A stretch of DNA of 64,000 bases from the NCBI GenBank assembly GCA_964035545.1, contig OZ037766.1:28875673-28939672 (forward strand), in the 5' to 3' direction. The translations under genes were made by a program, and so were the position numbers. The stretch's first letter is position 1; the number at the start of each line of letters is the position of its first letter. Source of the stretch: Bugula neritina (taxonomy: Eukaryota; Animalia; Bryozoa). The notes under the pieces are model-generated. The model did no database searches. It saw nothing but the letters and a program-made list of their open reading frames with translations, and was not told the DNA's origin. Of this stretch, positions 31,625-46,530 are shown piece after piece.

Positions 31625-34600
31625 TCATGACTCTTGGTTTTCACTTTTCTTTCGAAGGTTAAGATCTCGCTCCCGACGAGTTTCGGTGAGAGCTTGAGTT
31701 TTGAGAATGTCGATATCTGTGTACTCCAGGAAGTTACTGTTGGCGGTGAAATTCTACAAGCAGTACAGCGTACACAAATGAAATAAATTAGAAACTTAAT
31801 TAATAACACAAAAATGAGGGAATTCCTGGATTATAAAGAGGCAACAGACTGAAAAGCTGAATCTATTTATACAGGTAACAAAACAAGCCTGAGATATTAC
31901 CGAGCTCGAGAGAGAAGATCGAGAGGGCTTGGGGCTCGGTTCTGCTCGTTCCTGATTTTGCTCTAACTCTATGTATTGAATGTCACCAGCTACTGGTGTT
32001 ACCGGCCTGTGTACTGGCATTATCTACATACAAACAGAAGATATAGTAACATGTGAAAACAGCCTTCCCGGCAACAATCAATACTGTTACAGGAAGTTGT
32101 TGTCATGACTACAGTCAAGGTCAAGTGGTGAAAACAGTATCACCGGCTGCTCCTACTTGTGCCTTTGAATATCAGTTATTAGTTTCCATTCTGAGAACTG
32201 ATTTAGCTGGAGACAATGAATATCCTTTGATGAAGTTGCCAGATGATGTAACACGAGAATGGCTAACTAAATGCAAGAGTTGTCTTTCCACACAAAAACG
32301 TATTCAATAAAAAGGATGTTAACATGGTAATAGAAGTAAACTAAGAAACTGAACTTATACATTTGTTCTAGGCTGATAAAACTAAACAGATGAATGGCGC
32401 AGGTAAGCACAATGTGCATGTATACTGCAGGTAATTTCTAAGTACATTGTAAGTACGCTGAAAGTATATTAGTATACAGTAAGTAGAGAGTTATTACATT
32501 ACAAGTAAGTTCCAAGTACAATGTACTACACCATGAGTACATGGTAAGTACATTAGTACACTGTAAGTGTATCCTAAATAGACTAGCATATAGTAAGTAC
32601 AATGTACGTATCACTTACCTGTGACAAGCCAGTGCTGTTGATGTCGGCTGTTTTGTTCCTCCAGTCGTTGGCACAGACAGACGAACTCCTCTCAGATCTC
32701 AGCTGCTTCTGGTGTCTCAGAGCCAAGTTTGGACTAGCTCCGCCCATACTTGACAGCTGCAGAGACAAACCACATGTACACACCTTATATATACGCACAA
32801 ACCATACATATAATACACGCTAATAACCTGCTAAGATATACCTGTGAAGGACTAAAGGCTATACCAAATGAGAAAGCTGAAGGAGACAGACGCGTATTAT
32901 TTATAATTCAAGCCTTTGCCAGATGCCAGCACATGATAGACAATGTTGAAGTGGTACTAATCTACTGATAGTGTTACAGTATCACGACTAGCTAGGCTCT
33001 GATTTCACAGGAAACAAATCACCATCAGTTTGAACCACTGGAAACACTACCGGCATTTTAACAACAGAAATGCGGCTGAGATACCACTTAAGTGTTGAAA
33101 TAGAACTATGAAAAAGCTTGCTCTGTATGTATTGAAGTGATCACAGCTAACCGAGTATGAACACCCACCTTAGACAGAGTATGAACACCCACCGTAGACA
33201 GAGTATGAACACCCACCTTAGACAGAGTATGAACTCCCACCTTAGACAGAGTATGAACACCCACCTTAGACGGAGTATGAACACCCACCTTAGACATAGT
33301 ATGAACACCCACCTTAGAGGGAGTATGAACACCCACCTTAGACAGAGTATGAACTCCCACCTTAGACATAGTATGAACACCCACCTTAGACAGAGTATGA
33401 ACACCCACCTTAGACAGAGTATGAACTCCCACCTTAGACAGAGTATGAACACCCACCTTAGACAGAGTATCAACACCCACCTTAGACAGAGTATGAACAC
33501 CCACCTTAGACAGAGTATGAACACTCACCTTAGACGGAGTATGAACACCCACCTTAGACATGCTCCCGTGAGGTGGGGGAAGCACCTGAGACATGGAACT
33601 ACTCCTCTTTACATTGAACGGAGATGTGTTCACTCCCAGCTTTATGCTGTCCATGGTGTGGGTGTGGCTTAGAGGCTTGTTATGTAACCGCGCCGGCAGC
33701 AGGGGCTGAACGTTTTTGGGAGGTGGCAGCACGTCATACTCACTCTGTCAATACAACAATGATCTCTACTAATACACTGATGTCTACTAATACACTGAGC
33801 TCTACTAATGCACTGAGCTCTAACAAACCTCTACTTTGTTTCTATTCTCCAGATCTATGTCTTCCTCATCAGAGCTGCTATCTATCTGACTGGAGGAACT
33901 GGAATCGTTGGTATTAATTCTCGATGGTAATTTAATATCTTCGTGTGTACAGGGTGGTACGGCGTCCTCAGAATCACTAGAAATATTGGGAGGTATAATC
34001 ATCAGACTGTATGCAATGTCACATGTAACTGGGACGTACATCGAGCAAAATAAACCACAAAGTGGAGAAAGGGCTACAGAGATGCTATTCACATACGACA
34101 AGAAACCCGAGTTACCTGAAGACGCTATCTTTGGTGAAGGCTCGCGTACGGAAAGACTTGGATACTTTTAGCACGCTGTGAGACCCTTGAAATGCGTCAT
34201 CTTCTAAAGCTAAAACACAGCAACAACTATTAAAGCATTATAATAGAAGCTTTTTCCAACAATCATAACATAACATCAATACCTCTTGGCAAACAAAATT
34301 TCTACATTATTTGATAGCGAAAACGAGGCAAAATTAAAAAAAAATAAAGTTAAACCAAAAAAAATTATTTGCCAACCACAGAAAAAATAACCGGAAATCT
34401 AATTACGATTTAAGCAGTGGCAGGAAACTACTCACAGTCCAGTGTAGTCTGGTCGGAGAGATTGCGAGGTTTGTACGGCCTATCCGGTCGGTCAGTCACT
34501 CTAGTAGTCGGACTCAAATCATAGTGATTCTCGTCCACTGGTTGCCTCACCAGGTCTAGTATTTGCTCGCTTGGAGATTGCACGTGCTCCGTTTGCACTG

Positions 34601-37600
34601 AATCCCCGCCATCTTTGTGATTGTTGTTCACGTAATTGGATACAATGCCAGCAGAGGCATTCACATATTTGTGAACAGTTTGCGTAGTGTTCCCAGTGCA
34701 CAGACTCGGTGGAGGCACGGCAACAGTGATAGGATTACAGCTTCTTGGCACATCGTATAATTGGTCAATTATTTGTCGCTGCCGGGCGTCTACACTGCTG
34801 CTGCTACAGCTTCTAGTCTCCGTGTGAGTAAAGTCAGCAGTGTTGTGATAGAGAGTGTCTATTGCAGGAGAGAGACGGCCGTTGACAGCGCTAGTCTTCC
34901 TACTAGCAGAAGGACTGCTGCCAACCGAATGGTTTAGTGGCAGAGTATTTGATGAAGGGAATATGAACTTCTCGCTCGTAGACCTAGAACCATTGAATCT
35001 GGACAGGGCAGGGCTGGGTTGGTTGCTGCGATGCAATATCGGACTGTTACTAGAAATGTTTTGGTAATGTTCCTCAGCGTACTGGCCGGGTTTAGGAGGT
35101 CTGGGTGGTGCCAGGGGTTCGTTGTGGTGTCTACAAGTTATGAGAGAGTGGTAAGTCATGTGACTGATACAAGTGAATATACAAGACAGAAAGAATAGAG
35201 CTAGCCAAGCTGTAGAATACTCTTAACAAACTGCACGACTATAACTTAAAAACAACTTTAAATTACGTATCTAGCATCTGACAGACTCCAGTATATTGCT
35301 GCAGGCATACAGTTGATTGGGGGAAAAGGGGGTTATTAGAGGGAGTGCCCAAAACTTGAACTTAGTGAACTGCTACCATTTTTTTCATTTTTTAACCTTT
35401 TCTAGTTTCAGATTTGCGTGAAGGGACTTCAACAAAACCTGTGACGATATTGTGACAAAACTCGAAGGTCACAGAGACTCCCCTCTCGACTTTAACAGAG
35501 GCACCAAAGCAACTGACCTGGAAGGTAAAGTTCGACTCATCATGGGACTGCTGTTAGCTGATCTGCTACAAATTAGGGTGGAGGTTGACGGCTTGGCTCT
35601 GCTTCGAACTGACTGAGACTGTCCTCCTAACTACAACATCGCATCTCAACACATTCAATATTAACACATTCAGTATCAACACATTCAGTATCAACACGTT
35701 CAGTATCAACACGTTCAGTATCAACATATGCAGTATCAACATATGCAGTATCAACACATTCAGTATCAACACATTCAATATCAACACATTCAGTATCAAC
35801 ATATTCAGTATCAACATATTCAGTATTAATACATTCAACGTGGAATAAGTATGATGAAATAACATTATTTAAATAAACATTTAAGTCAACTATGGCAAGT
35901 GGTAAAACATGTATCTAACATATTACTTATAATTCACCAATACCACATAAAAATATACTAATATTATAACAACATAAACAGATAAGTTGTTTGTAAGTCA
36001 TAGTGAACAAACTGCAATATAAAATATATTTGGGTGGAGCACACAACTCTAAAGCTGTATCTGAATTGAAGCCAATATATTATGTAACAAGTCAGCCCTG
36101 CTACCTAGTAAAGAGTGAAAGGAGTGGAGAAACTTACCCTGGTAGGGGGTGCCAGCCGCTGCGACTTTGGAACGTCATACAACTCAATGAATTCGCCGTT
36201 TCCATTCTGACCTGTAAATTATCATTACAATAAACAATTGATACACTTTTTGTCAATATGACTTTTGATTTAATATATAAATTATATTGATACTTTCATT
36301 ATGACTAGCCTTCCCCTGGCCACCCTTCCTTTCCGCATAGCTATAAAATGAGAGTTGTAGAAAACTTAACCAGCAGCTGATGATCTATATATAGAGGAGT
36401 AGAGACACACAAGCAGTGGGCAGCAAGTCAAACAGAAAATATTGGAATTGGTAAAATATTTAAAAGAGTGAGACAGGGTAGAGCGGGGTACTAGCACAGC
36501 CACCCTATCCTTCCAACACCATGTCCAGAAGAACCAATGCTACACACCTGTGGTACACTCAGACAGCTCTGTGTAGCCCAGATGTTCACTATCCTCTGTC
36601 CGCCGATCCTCCACCACAATGAGCCCCTTCTCCCTAGCCTCAATCTCATCCAATATCTGATTGGATAAATCCTCGTTAACTAGACTCTGATTGGACAAGG
36701 TTTTCTGTGCAGGAAGGTCAACAGTGAGTTGAATAGAATCCTGACGTATCGGGGGATTCGGTGCTACTATGTGGTTCTCTAAAAATACACAAGAATAAGG
36801 AGTTGTCTTCACTACATTGCGTCACAGTGCAGTTTTTTTCGCCACAGAACTTCTATATATTAAATAATCAGTAAAACTTGATTGAGTTTGTGTTTTGTTA
36901 ACAAACTAAATACAAAATATAGTCAGTAATTTTTCGTTTTATAGAGTCAATACAGCTAAATAAATACAAGTTGTTTTAAAGTTTAAACCATCAAGTTTTA
37001 GCAATTAGCTAAGGGAGCAGCTGTGGTCTAGGGGTTAGAGCTTCTGCCTGATAATCACAAAGTCATGGGTTCGAACCTTGACAAAGGCCATAGGTGATGC
37101 TAGGAAGAGCATCTCGTCATAATTGCTCCTGTGCCTCATCTAAATAAGTCCTTAGCCTGCTTTAACAAAAACCCTTCCCATCAGGGGTTTCTCACAGGGA
37201 TAGTGACTATAAACTTGCGCCAGTTTTTTGAGTAAGTTGAATTTTTAGTTATTAGCTGAATCGTCCCCCCCCCCACCCCAAAGAACATATTACACATGAG
37301 TGTTTTTACAACCAGCAGAAAGTATAGACCTCTCTTATCCAGCTTAACATCTCACAGTAATAACATCATTCAACCTGACTGACTCAACACTTTTATGGGC
37401 TGTGAAACCTGCTTTTCTGAACAAACAACATTCTTATAGCATGCAGTGTTGCAGCTAAGTGATTTATTATGTATTGTAACACATGAGTTAGTGCTGTAGG
37501 TTACTCATAAGCATCTAATAATAGCCTTAGAACAAGGTCTAGCCTACAAAAGATGCAAATGTGTGGTTATTATCTAACAATCAGCATAAATATGGCATCT

Positions 37601-40600
37601 GATTACAAGCCACCTAGACAATAAGTTGGTATGATTCATGAGAAGTTACTTAAACGGGGAGATAACTCCGAATGTATTATTTTGATATATGTAAGTATTG
37701 TTCAATTCACACGCCAGGATTGATGGTTTTATTTAATTGAAAATACAGTTATTTTTATCAACAACAAACATTAATTATTTTAACAAATTATATTGCCATT
37801 GTTTCAGACTGCTCACTGTGCCAATGTTTCCAGCAGTACAGGAATATGAATAGTATATTTAGAAACAAGTACTGATTGATGTAGACGACTCAGAGAAGCT
37901 AAAGTAGAGAATTTATAGCAGTACAATTAATAACTGTAGTAGCAAGGCATACACTGATTGAAAGGAATACTGCATTATATAAATGAAATTATATATCAAC
38001 ATATTAACAGGCTGCCCACATAGTAATGAGATTTGAATTAATTCTACTGATGAATCAACTGATCATTGTAATGCAACTTCGTTATGCAACTTCCCCTGAA
38101 TTAGCTGCTACTCTTTACCCTGGCAGCAGCAGACATGAGTCAGGTTTGCTGACCAATAAGCTAATTCAAGAGCACGGTCTTATATGTATGTACCATGCTC
38201 TATAGGCTATAGCAGCAAAAGAAGAATGTATAAAGAATTTATAAACCTAATGGTAGTGGGTATTTTACTATATATTACTAAATACCATTTACTCATTAAA
38301 CACCATTTACTACATTACTAAATGCCTGTAGGTGACCAATACTGCCCACTAACAGGGCTGAGGAATGTACCAGTAAACTTTCACACGAACATCACATTTC
38401 TCTATTGAGTATATCTTTGGAAACATAATGTGCCTAAATAATCACACAGGGAGGAGAGAAAAGTGACTCAGTTTAAGTACCAAAGCATAGAGATGTTCAA
38501 TGGGGAGATAATTAGATAACAGTATATTATATAACAGAAATCAAGTTAGATTAGTTATGGAAGGAGTAAATGATAAACTGGTTTTGCCATATCACAGTTG
38601 ACAACATTTTAGTATAAGAAATTATATCTTGTACAAATATCAATAAATATATCGCAATATTCTTCAATTAGTAAATAAATGATTGAATGCGACAGTATTT
38701 TAATCAATAATGATACATTGTGTAATATACTAATAGTTAAGCTTTCGAGCTGTGAGTAGTTCTCATGATATGTGAGGTATTATATACATTGCATGTGGCA
38801 GGAGGGATAACTAAAACTGGATGCAAATTATACTCGGTTTATGAAAGGAGCCAAAACTAAATTAACTTAAATTATGCTTACCATAAATAACATGGATATC
38901 TAAAGCAATAGTTAACTTTGAACTAAGAAAGCTGCAAAAATTATTAGTATCAATAATTTTTATATAAATATTTGGCGATTGCTTAGTCAAGTAATGGATT
39001 GAAACATGAACATGATTGACTGGTTATGTATTAACATAGAACTGGTGCCAGAATTATCGAGTTGGCTTATATTGAGTTGATGTGTATCACATTGATTGTA
39101 CATTGAACCTCACTGCCATTTCCTGCCACTATATCTAACCAGTTCTTTTAGTCTCAAGTTATCACTTTGATACACAGTGACTGTATGTCTTTTGAGTTGC
39201 TTACACAAACACACAGGCACCACTAATCAAAGTATGGCTACTGTTTGTGGTTACACATGATAAAGTATTTAACAGCAAATTTCCTGAAACTCCAAGAGAC
39301 TGGAGACTAGTCCAAACATTCGGCCATGATTTTAACACCAACTTTCAACTTCTATAAATGGGAGCCACAAATTATTTCACACTTAAAAATAGGGGAACCA
39401 AAAGTTGTAGTTTTCAACCAAGCTGAGTGTCAGAAAACAGCAATACAAAAATGCTGGAGGAATTTACAAAAATTAAATATCCGACAAGTAAAATATCTTT
39501 GGGCAATTTATAATCGGTTATCTTTACTATGGCTAGTAGATACGGTTGAAACAATGGTAAGATTTGTTTACACATGCCAAACATTCACTGATACATAACT
39601 CTAGAAAAACACAAAAAATCTGGTTTACATGTCCTCACAGGCAATCAATCAGATAGACTGAGACTTCCGGTAGTTTCTAGCCTCAGTTTTACCTGCTGGT
39701 GGTGGAGACGTGAGTATGCTGGAAGGGGGGCTGACTATCACCTCGCTGGTTCCCATCTTAAGGCCACAGAGGCTACACAGACAGTTGACCCATCTCATCA
39801 TGTCCTCATCTGAGTCAGCTGCTAGATAGTACACCCTGTCCTAGGAGTAAACACATCAGTGGTTTAGAGGAGACTGACAGCGTGTCAAGGGCGAGTATGT
39901 GGCAGAATATAGAGAAACAATAAAATGGTAAAGGATGGTAAAAGCTCCACCACAGCTACGGACAGACACGTTAATATTATGTCCAAAGGACAGGATTAGC
40001 AAAATCAAATATAAAGAAACTTTCATCAGATTCTGCTAAAATAAGGCTCTTGACAAAAGATACACACATCTGGTAAAACTGCCCTGGTTAACAAAGGAAT
40101 ACACATACTGGAAAGTAAAAATCAACTTGCATATAGTAGATGAATTATCAATGACAGAATCACAAACACTTGGAGTGAGATTCTAACAATGGAGAAGTCC
40201 AACATTGACACAGTAACTATGGAAACCCAGTAAATTATGGGAGGAATGGGGGTGTGAGCTACTTAGTAACAGACAATCAATTATATCACGGAGCTGTCCG
40301 AGTTTTGATCCAGGGCTTATCTCTGATAGAAAGAACTGATGAGATGAGCAGAGCTAGAAATAGCAGGACCACTGCCTAGTAGTCCTATTACAGTATGTAA
40401 CTTTTGGGGTCAAACTGAAAATACCTCAACGGAAAAACGAAAATCATTAACCTTCACCTTATCTCTAGCCTTAGTTTTTATAGAGAATAGATGATTGTAG
40501 TGGGAGGAGTCCAGGTTAGATAGTATCGTCTCACATTCCTCTAGGTTTATAGAACCCCTGCGCCTGTTGCTCATGTCCATCTCCCCCTTGAAGTAGTCAA

Positions 40601-43600
40601 ATGCATATTGGTGAGGCAGACTGCCTTGAGGCTTGTGTAGAACAAAATACCTCCTGTGCCATTTCTACAAACAGGAAGTTAGACTGATGTCAAAGTCAAT
40701 ACGTGATGCAGGTTAAAGGCCAGGCACATGCAACATCAAGATGTCAATGTCATTTCCTGTCGTCAAAATGCAGTCACACGCTGAATGAAAAGTACAACTT
40801 ATTAGCAAATTATTTTCTGCAAATTTGTAGCAACACTCCTTAAGACATAATATAAATATTATTGACTCCATAAAAAAATAACAATCTTATTTAAATATAT
40901 ATTCCTGAAAAAATATAGAAAATATGGGGTAGATTATGCAATCCATATAGCTAAAGGCTTTTAACCTAAAACCGTATCCAGTATTCACCGTATTGGATTA
41001 GAAACTGTATAAAACAACAGTGATGGTGCATACTTGCTCTATCATAACAGCACCCTAGTTTAGAAATACTTGGTGGTGAATACACACAAGAAGGGAGAAT
41101 AACTCCAAGAGTAGACTTCACAATGCAGGGTGCTATGCTACGGCTAAACAACAAACCCAGCTAGACTTCATGGAACTACTACTAAATGTATTGAATACTC
41201 ATGCTATAAAACTTTATCCCTTACACACTGTATACTTTTGCTTCATCCACTTTGCCAAATTAACTTTGACCTACAATCTATTACATTTAAGAAAACATAA
41301 AAGCATGTAAGACAATATACACAAGTATGTTAGATATCTGCACGGAGCTTCATATCAGCTACAGCTGGCCCACCACTAGCTGCAGTAACATACACTACAC
41401 CGTATGCAGTCCAGAAATAAGCAGCAGCAGAGCTTAATACAAACCTTTTACAAAGCATACATTATAAGACAAATTGTAATAGCTGTCAAATTTGCAACTG
41501 AACTTGTATTAATATGTAACGTGATGAATGAAATTGTACTTGGAGGAATATCTGGTGCTACAACTTAACAGATGTGTTTTAATCCATCAAACCTTTCAGT
41601 AACCACAATTTGCAAAGTAGATTATGATAAGACAGAAACAAGGCTGATGTATCTGCTCAACAAGGAATGCTGAATATATTATCAGAAAGATAGAAGTATA
41701 TTATAGGCTGAGTAGAAGACAGAACTTAACACACATACATAGTATATAGACTGAGTAGAAGACAGCACTTAACACACATACATAGTATATAGTCTGAGTA
41801 GAAGGCAGCACTTAACACATAGTACAGGCTATATACTGAGTAGAATGACAAAGTATGTAGAAGAAACGGCTTGCATCATCTTTTTAAGCAACAAGAATTC
41901 AAAATATTTTAATGTTTTGCAGATGATATAATTCAGCATTTTCTTCATAAAAAGATGTGGAATTACAAAGTAACGGAATCTCTATCAACCAACAAGCTGT
42001 GGGTAACGTAACCTGCAATACTAACTCTATCAACATTCTGAGAAGGCCAAGGACGTCAGCCATGAAGCAGTAGTGAGTATGAATAGTAACTAAAGTTCAG
42101 ATTTTTTCAAGAACCAACTCAGCCTGACTGTCCTTAATAAAAACCTTACCAAATCAAAGAGAATTTTTATATTATATAGTAAAAGTTCAAGTATTAACCA
42201 ATAGCCACCACTGCCTGTGGAACAGCAGGCTACTCTTCTGGTACTGAAGCTATGATTCTGCTTCTATATAATTGAGATATATGGAAAATCAAAATTTATA
42301 AACCAAAAATATACCAACAAAAGTGGAAACGTTATCAAGTTAACACATCTACAGAGATCAACTTTGTAACGGTATTGCTATAGCGAGGTGAAACTACCAA
42401 CCACATACATACACAGTGTTACATAAGAGAGCTCCATAATCTTTACTGGAGTATATTAAAACTCTATAACAATGCAGAATAATGCCACTGAAGTTGCCAA
42501 GAATAGGGATAAACAGATCACGAAGACAACCTGGGAAAATAAGAAGGAAAAATTTGTTTGCATTATGTCACTTTACAACTGTTAGAGTTACCATCACAAT
42601 GCAGATTAACCTAAAATATGCTGATTCTTTTATCATTAGATGTTGCTCCAATCCAGGTACTCCTTGTTTATTTGATGGATGGTAAGGAAATCCCTGACAC
42701 AATTACCTAGACTTTGATGGTCTTAGGCACTGATACAACAACCCATTGACAAGCTGAAACTAAGTATCTCACAAGCAGACTATGGCAAACAAAGACCACT
42801 GCACCAAAGGGGCAACAGTTAGCAGCCCCCCTGCCCCTTACAAAATGGGTGTAGAGGACAGAGTTGCAAACCCCCTCACTGAAAGCAAAGCTACAGAGCC
42901 TGGTTGCCACTGTTGTGGCTTCTAGGAAGTCAAACAGAACATCCACTACCACCCTGAGCCTGGTGATTGATCATCTCTGTGATAACATGACAGATGTGTG
43001 TTTTAAACATTAAGCTTTAGTAAATATGCACATTTCAACCATGCAGTGGCCATTGTTAGAAAACTTGTTCATGTAATAACTTGTACTCTCCAAAAGGAAG
43101 CAGACAGGTGATATAGGAACACACACTATCAGGCATTTTAAACATCGAGTTGATTCTTAAAGTGTATACTTGAGAGAAACAATATTATGTTTAATATCAG
43201 CTATCTATGTTGATCAGAAAGGGGGGGGGGGGGGGGGGGTGCTGAAATAAGATGACAGCAGAGGGAAGCAGAAGAGGGAAGCATAAGGCAGTAGATATAT
43301 GACCTCATCAGATTTATAACCAGCTGGACAGCTTAGAACTATAACTGCATATCACATCTGAACATACACGCAGAGTTACTCTACAAGCTATTTAGACTCT
43401 AAACCAGAATACTCCAAATTCAGTTCACAACAAGAAACTTAGCCTGTGCTCATAGGCTGTGGAGCAATTTATAATGACTACGATACTATATTTGATGCAT
43501 ATGGTGGACTAAGGCAAATCCCCCTAGTTATTTTTCATATTAGATTGGTTAAAAACACATGACAGCATGGGTGAATAAATCTTGGTTGACAGGTATTTAA

Positions 43601-45906
43601 GGACACAATCTAATAATAACATTCTTTTAGTATGGAAGGTCATGCCCAGACTGATCAAGCTCTAGGGCAGTATTTAGTTTTTCTGTTAGTTTAGCAGAGT
43701 AATAGCCCAGCTAATGAAGGTCGTCCTATAAAATAGACATTTTTATATACTATTTTTTGAATTACAATATATATTTTTAAATAAAAAATACTTGTGGACA
43801 ATTGTGTGCAGCTTATAACGTCACCAGTTCTATGTCTATATATTTATCTATGTTACATAGTTGATTTAATAAACACAATACTTTTACATATTTGATACTT
43901 AGTTTAACTCATGAAAATAGCTGATAGTTACATGTCTACAAGATACTGTTTATACTGACTAAAATAAAGCTTTAACTGAGAAAATTTTTTCAAGTAATAG
44001 AAATGGACATGTTTACTGTAGAATTTACAAAAACAAAACAAAACCTAGAATTCTACAGTCACTAAATGATTTACTAGTGGATACAGTTGATGGCTGGTAG
44101 ACAAGAAATAAGCTGTGTCTACTTATTCTATGCAGTATAGGTAATATGGAAGACAAGCTACGTAATATTCCTACTTGAGAAATGCTAATGAGTTGCTACC
44201 CTATCTGCAACAAGTTTTACCTTATATAATACTTTCATGCCTCATAAGACAAAGAACAGCAATTCTCTGTGGGACATTGTTCCCCTAGTTATCCTTGTGA
44301 TGTAAGTTTCTAAATTTCCTATATTATAATCAGCCACTTATTTAAAAGCATCATACTAGCTGCTGACTAGCTGTTTTCAACCTCCTGCTGTTCTAACATA
44401 TTTCGACTTATAACTTGCTAATCTTCATTCATTATACGAAATCTAACTTAGATAAAAGCCAGAAGTCTTCATCCAAAAATCAATAAAAAAAACGCATCAC
44501 ACTAACCCAACTTTAGACTTTGATATTCAAGGGGATCAGTGAAAAGAACTCTCAAAACCTCAAATAAATTATTCTGCCCCAACTATTTAAAAAAAATTGT
44601 GTGCAATAATACTATTTGAACTTTATCTATTTCAAGTACAAATGTAGCTACTTTGATATAATACAAGACCTTACATTAGGTTCATCTGAAACTTAAATTA
44701 TACTTCATTTAACTTATTTTCGAATTATTTATAGGTTGCATATTTCTAGGCTAATCATAAGCCAACAACTTTTGCAGCAAATATATCATTTGCTGCCAGT
44801 CAGAGTAGACAAAATTTTCAAAAATGAGGTGAAAAATAACAAACATCGCAAGACCCTTCAAAACAGAAACATCCCACCTGTCTTCACCACAAAAGCAAAC
44901 AAATTCCACCAGATTAATGACAAGGAAATCTAATGGAAGTTTTGTCTAGCATATTATTCAAGAATTTTCTTATATATGCAATCAACATGCTACTTATTAT
45001 TTTGCTAAAAATGTTATACCATCATTGAAATTACATGAGCAAAATATATTTTTATATTCATAAGAATTGCTATTATTGTTAAGATTTGTATTGCCTACTC
45101 ATCAGTTAATGTAAATCAGAATGAATATCCATTTGAAATTAATTCTAATTTAACTTGTAACAATACAAATACTAATAGTAATAGGCTGACTCTAACTATT
45201 AATATAATTATGATTATGGTGACCATCATAATTATATTTAAATTCTAACTCTAAGTCAAATTGACATATTGAAATTTATTGAATCATTGTGATTATGGTT
45301 AATTCTTAACTTCAAGTTAAACAATAGAGGAGAACAAATAAAAAATATTTACTATCCTGTTTTAATATTTATTTCATAATAATTATAAATTATCATTATG
45401 ATAATCATAATATTAATACTAATACTAATACTAATAGACTAAGTTACCGTCACTAAGAGTAAGAGTGAAAATGGCACCAACAGCCACAATATTTGTACGT
45501 AGAAAACAAAACTCAATTATTAGTTTTTTGTTAGTAACTAAGAGTAAGTCTAATATACCAGAACATATTAATAGTAACATTAAAAAGTAAATCACTAAAT
45601 CAAAATGTAATTGAATTGTAAATTTTAACTTCAACTTGAAGGTTACACTTTCACTTTGACTTTGAGTTTCAACAAAACATACAACATAACTATTAATATG
45701 AGTAGCCTAAGCTGATGATCACCAGGAATAAATATCTTGTTGACTGAAAAATATGCTTATAAGTTCTGGGCGTAAACTATTTCACTTTTAGCACTTACAC
45801 TTTTCAATGGAACTCTAATGCTGATCTTGCCCCGTGAAAATAGGGTGACATATTTTGAAGATGGAGATTTAATTAACCATCCAGCACAGATAGCTTCTAA
45901 ATCCAT
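31625..45906 (-). CDS. GAB: GRB2-associated binding protein / Daughter of sevenless (GAB/DOS) docking protein, ~800 aa, 13 coding exons
   Basis: Exons (-): 45906-45799 (MDLEAICAGWLIKSP), 40664-40458 (KWHRRYFVL...GSINLEEC), 39840-39693 (RVYYLAADSDEDMMRWVNCLCSLCG; these three form the PH domain), 36778-36548, 36211-36138 (YDVP), 35630-35518, 35130-34436 (PPRPPKP Grb2-SH3 motif, YDVP), 34209-34116, 33976-~33835, 33744-33553, 32756-32619, 32023-31901 (IQYIEL), 31753-31625 (LEYTDIDILKTQAL...*). The two C-terminal Tyr motifs match the GAB SHP2-binding pair. All phases are consistent. Confidence 0.92.
33153..33561 (-). repeat. 24-bp minisatellite (~17 copies) spanning a GAB exon|intron junction
   Basis: Unit on the - strand is GTCTAAG|GTGGGTGTTCATACTCT; the first unit contains the true exon end at 33553. 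Confidence 0.95.
33762..33824. repeat. 18-bp repeat (~3.5 copies) filling most of a ~90-nt GAB intron
   Basis: TCTACTAATACACTGA(TG/GC) units. Confidence 0.85.
35646..35840. repeat. 15-bp minisatellite (AACACATTCAGTATC, ~13 copies) next to a GAB acceptor
   Basis: Directly visible; ends ~15 nt upstream (in transcript sense) of the AG at 35632-35631. Confidence 0.95.
37012..37229 (+). mobile_element. tRNA-derived SINE, best-preserved copy (antisense in a GAB intron)
   Basis: GGGAGCAGCTGTGGTCTAGGGGTTAGAG...GGGTTCGAACC (canonical B box), shared body, tail GGGATAGTGACTATAAACTTGCG followed by a T-run. Confidence 0.88.
41708..41846. repeat. 43-bp tandem repeat (~3 copies) in GAB intron 1
   Basis: CTGAGTAGAAGACAG(A/C)ACTTAACACAC units start at 41708, 41751 and 41794, with a partial at ~41836. 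Confidence 0.9.
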
Positions 45907-46530
45907 ATTAAAATATTGTTTAAAAAGCTGCCAAACTATTTTAAGGCGTGTCTGACGTATGCATCACTGCATGGCAATAGCAGAGTAACAGCTAGAATCC
46001 AAAAACCAAACAAACTAAATCCATTTTTACTCCAAACGCTCAAACTATCACGATATTTCGGAAACACTCACCCACGTGACTACTCTTAAAACTGCAGTGG
46101 CGACCAGACAAAATATAATATTTTTTGAAAATATTTATTTTATGTCACTATATGATTCTTTTAAATAAATTATTTTTTCAATTGTAATGGTTATTATCAA
46201 AAAAAATGTTTTTATGAGAAAACGAAGCCCAGCCAGCTCTAAGATCACATAAACGTAAAAAGAGTTATCTTTTCCACAACACTACTTCGCTTCAGTAACT
46301 CTGACAAGATTGAAGCTTGTACTGTGTTGTTAATAATAGTAATTGCCTTCTGTTGTAATGGTCATTGGAATTGTCACTGTTCAACTTCAATGATTGTGTG
46401 TGTTTTTTTAAATCAATATTTTCATCTAAATCAAACCTAAGTGCGATGAGACACTCTTGCTATTAAACTGTTGACTTTAACAGAGGTTTAGTTTTAGTTT
46501 TACTAAAATAAGTCCTTCATCCTGGTCAGT
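45907..46530. promoter_or_regulatory. Probable bidirectional promoter region between GAB (-) and AMMECR1 (+)
   Basis: Head-to-head start codons 1.5 kb apart. E-box CACGTGAC at 46073-46080 and TGACGT at ~45953; locally more CpG than the flanks. Confidence 0.45.

Noticed and set aside
33153-33561. CRISPR-like array (also considered for 57571-57835 and 60034-60240)
   Set aside because: Units are contiguous with no unique spacers, there are no cas genes, and the context is eukaryotic.
40336-40370. CTGATGA...GAAA as a third hammerhead
   Set aside because: No credible stems.
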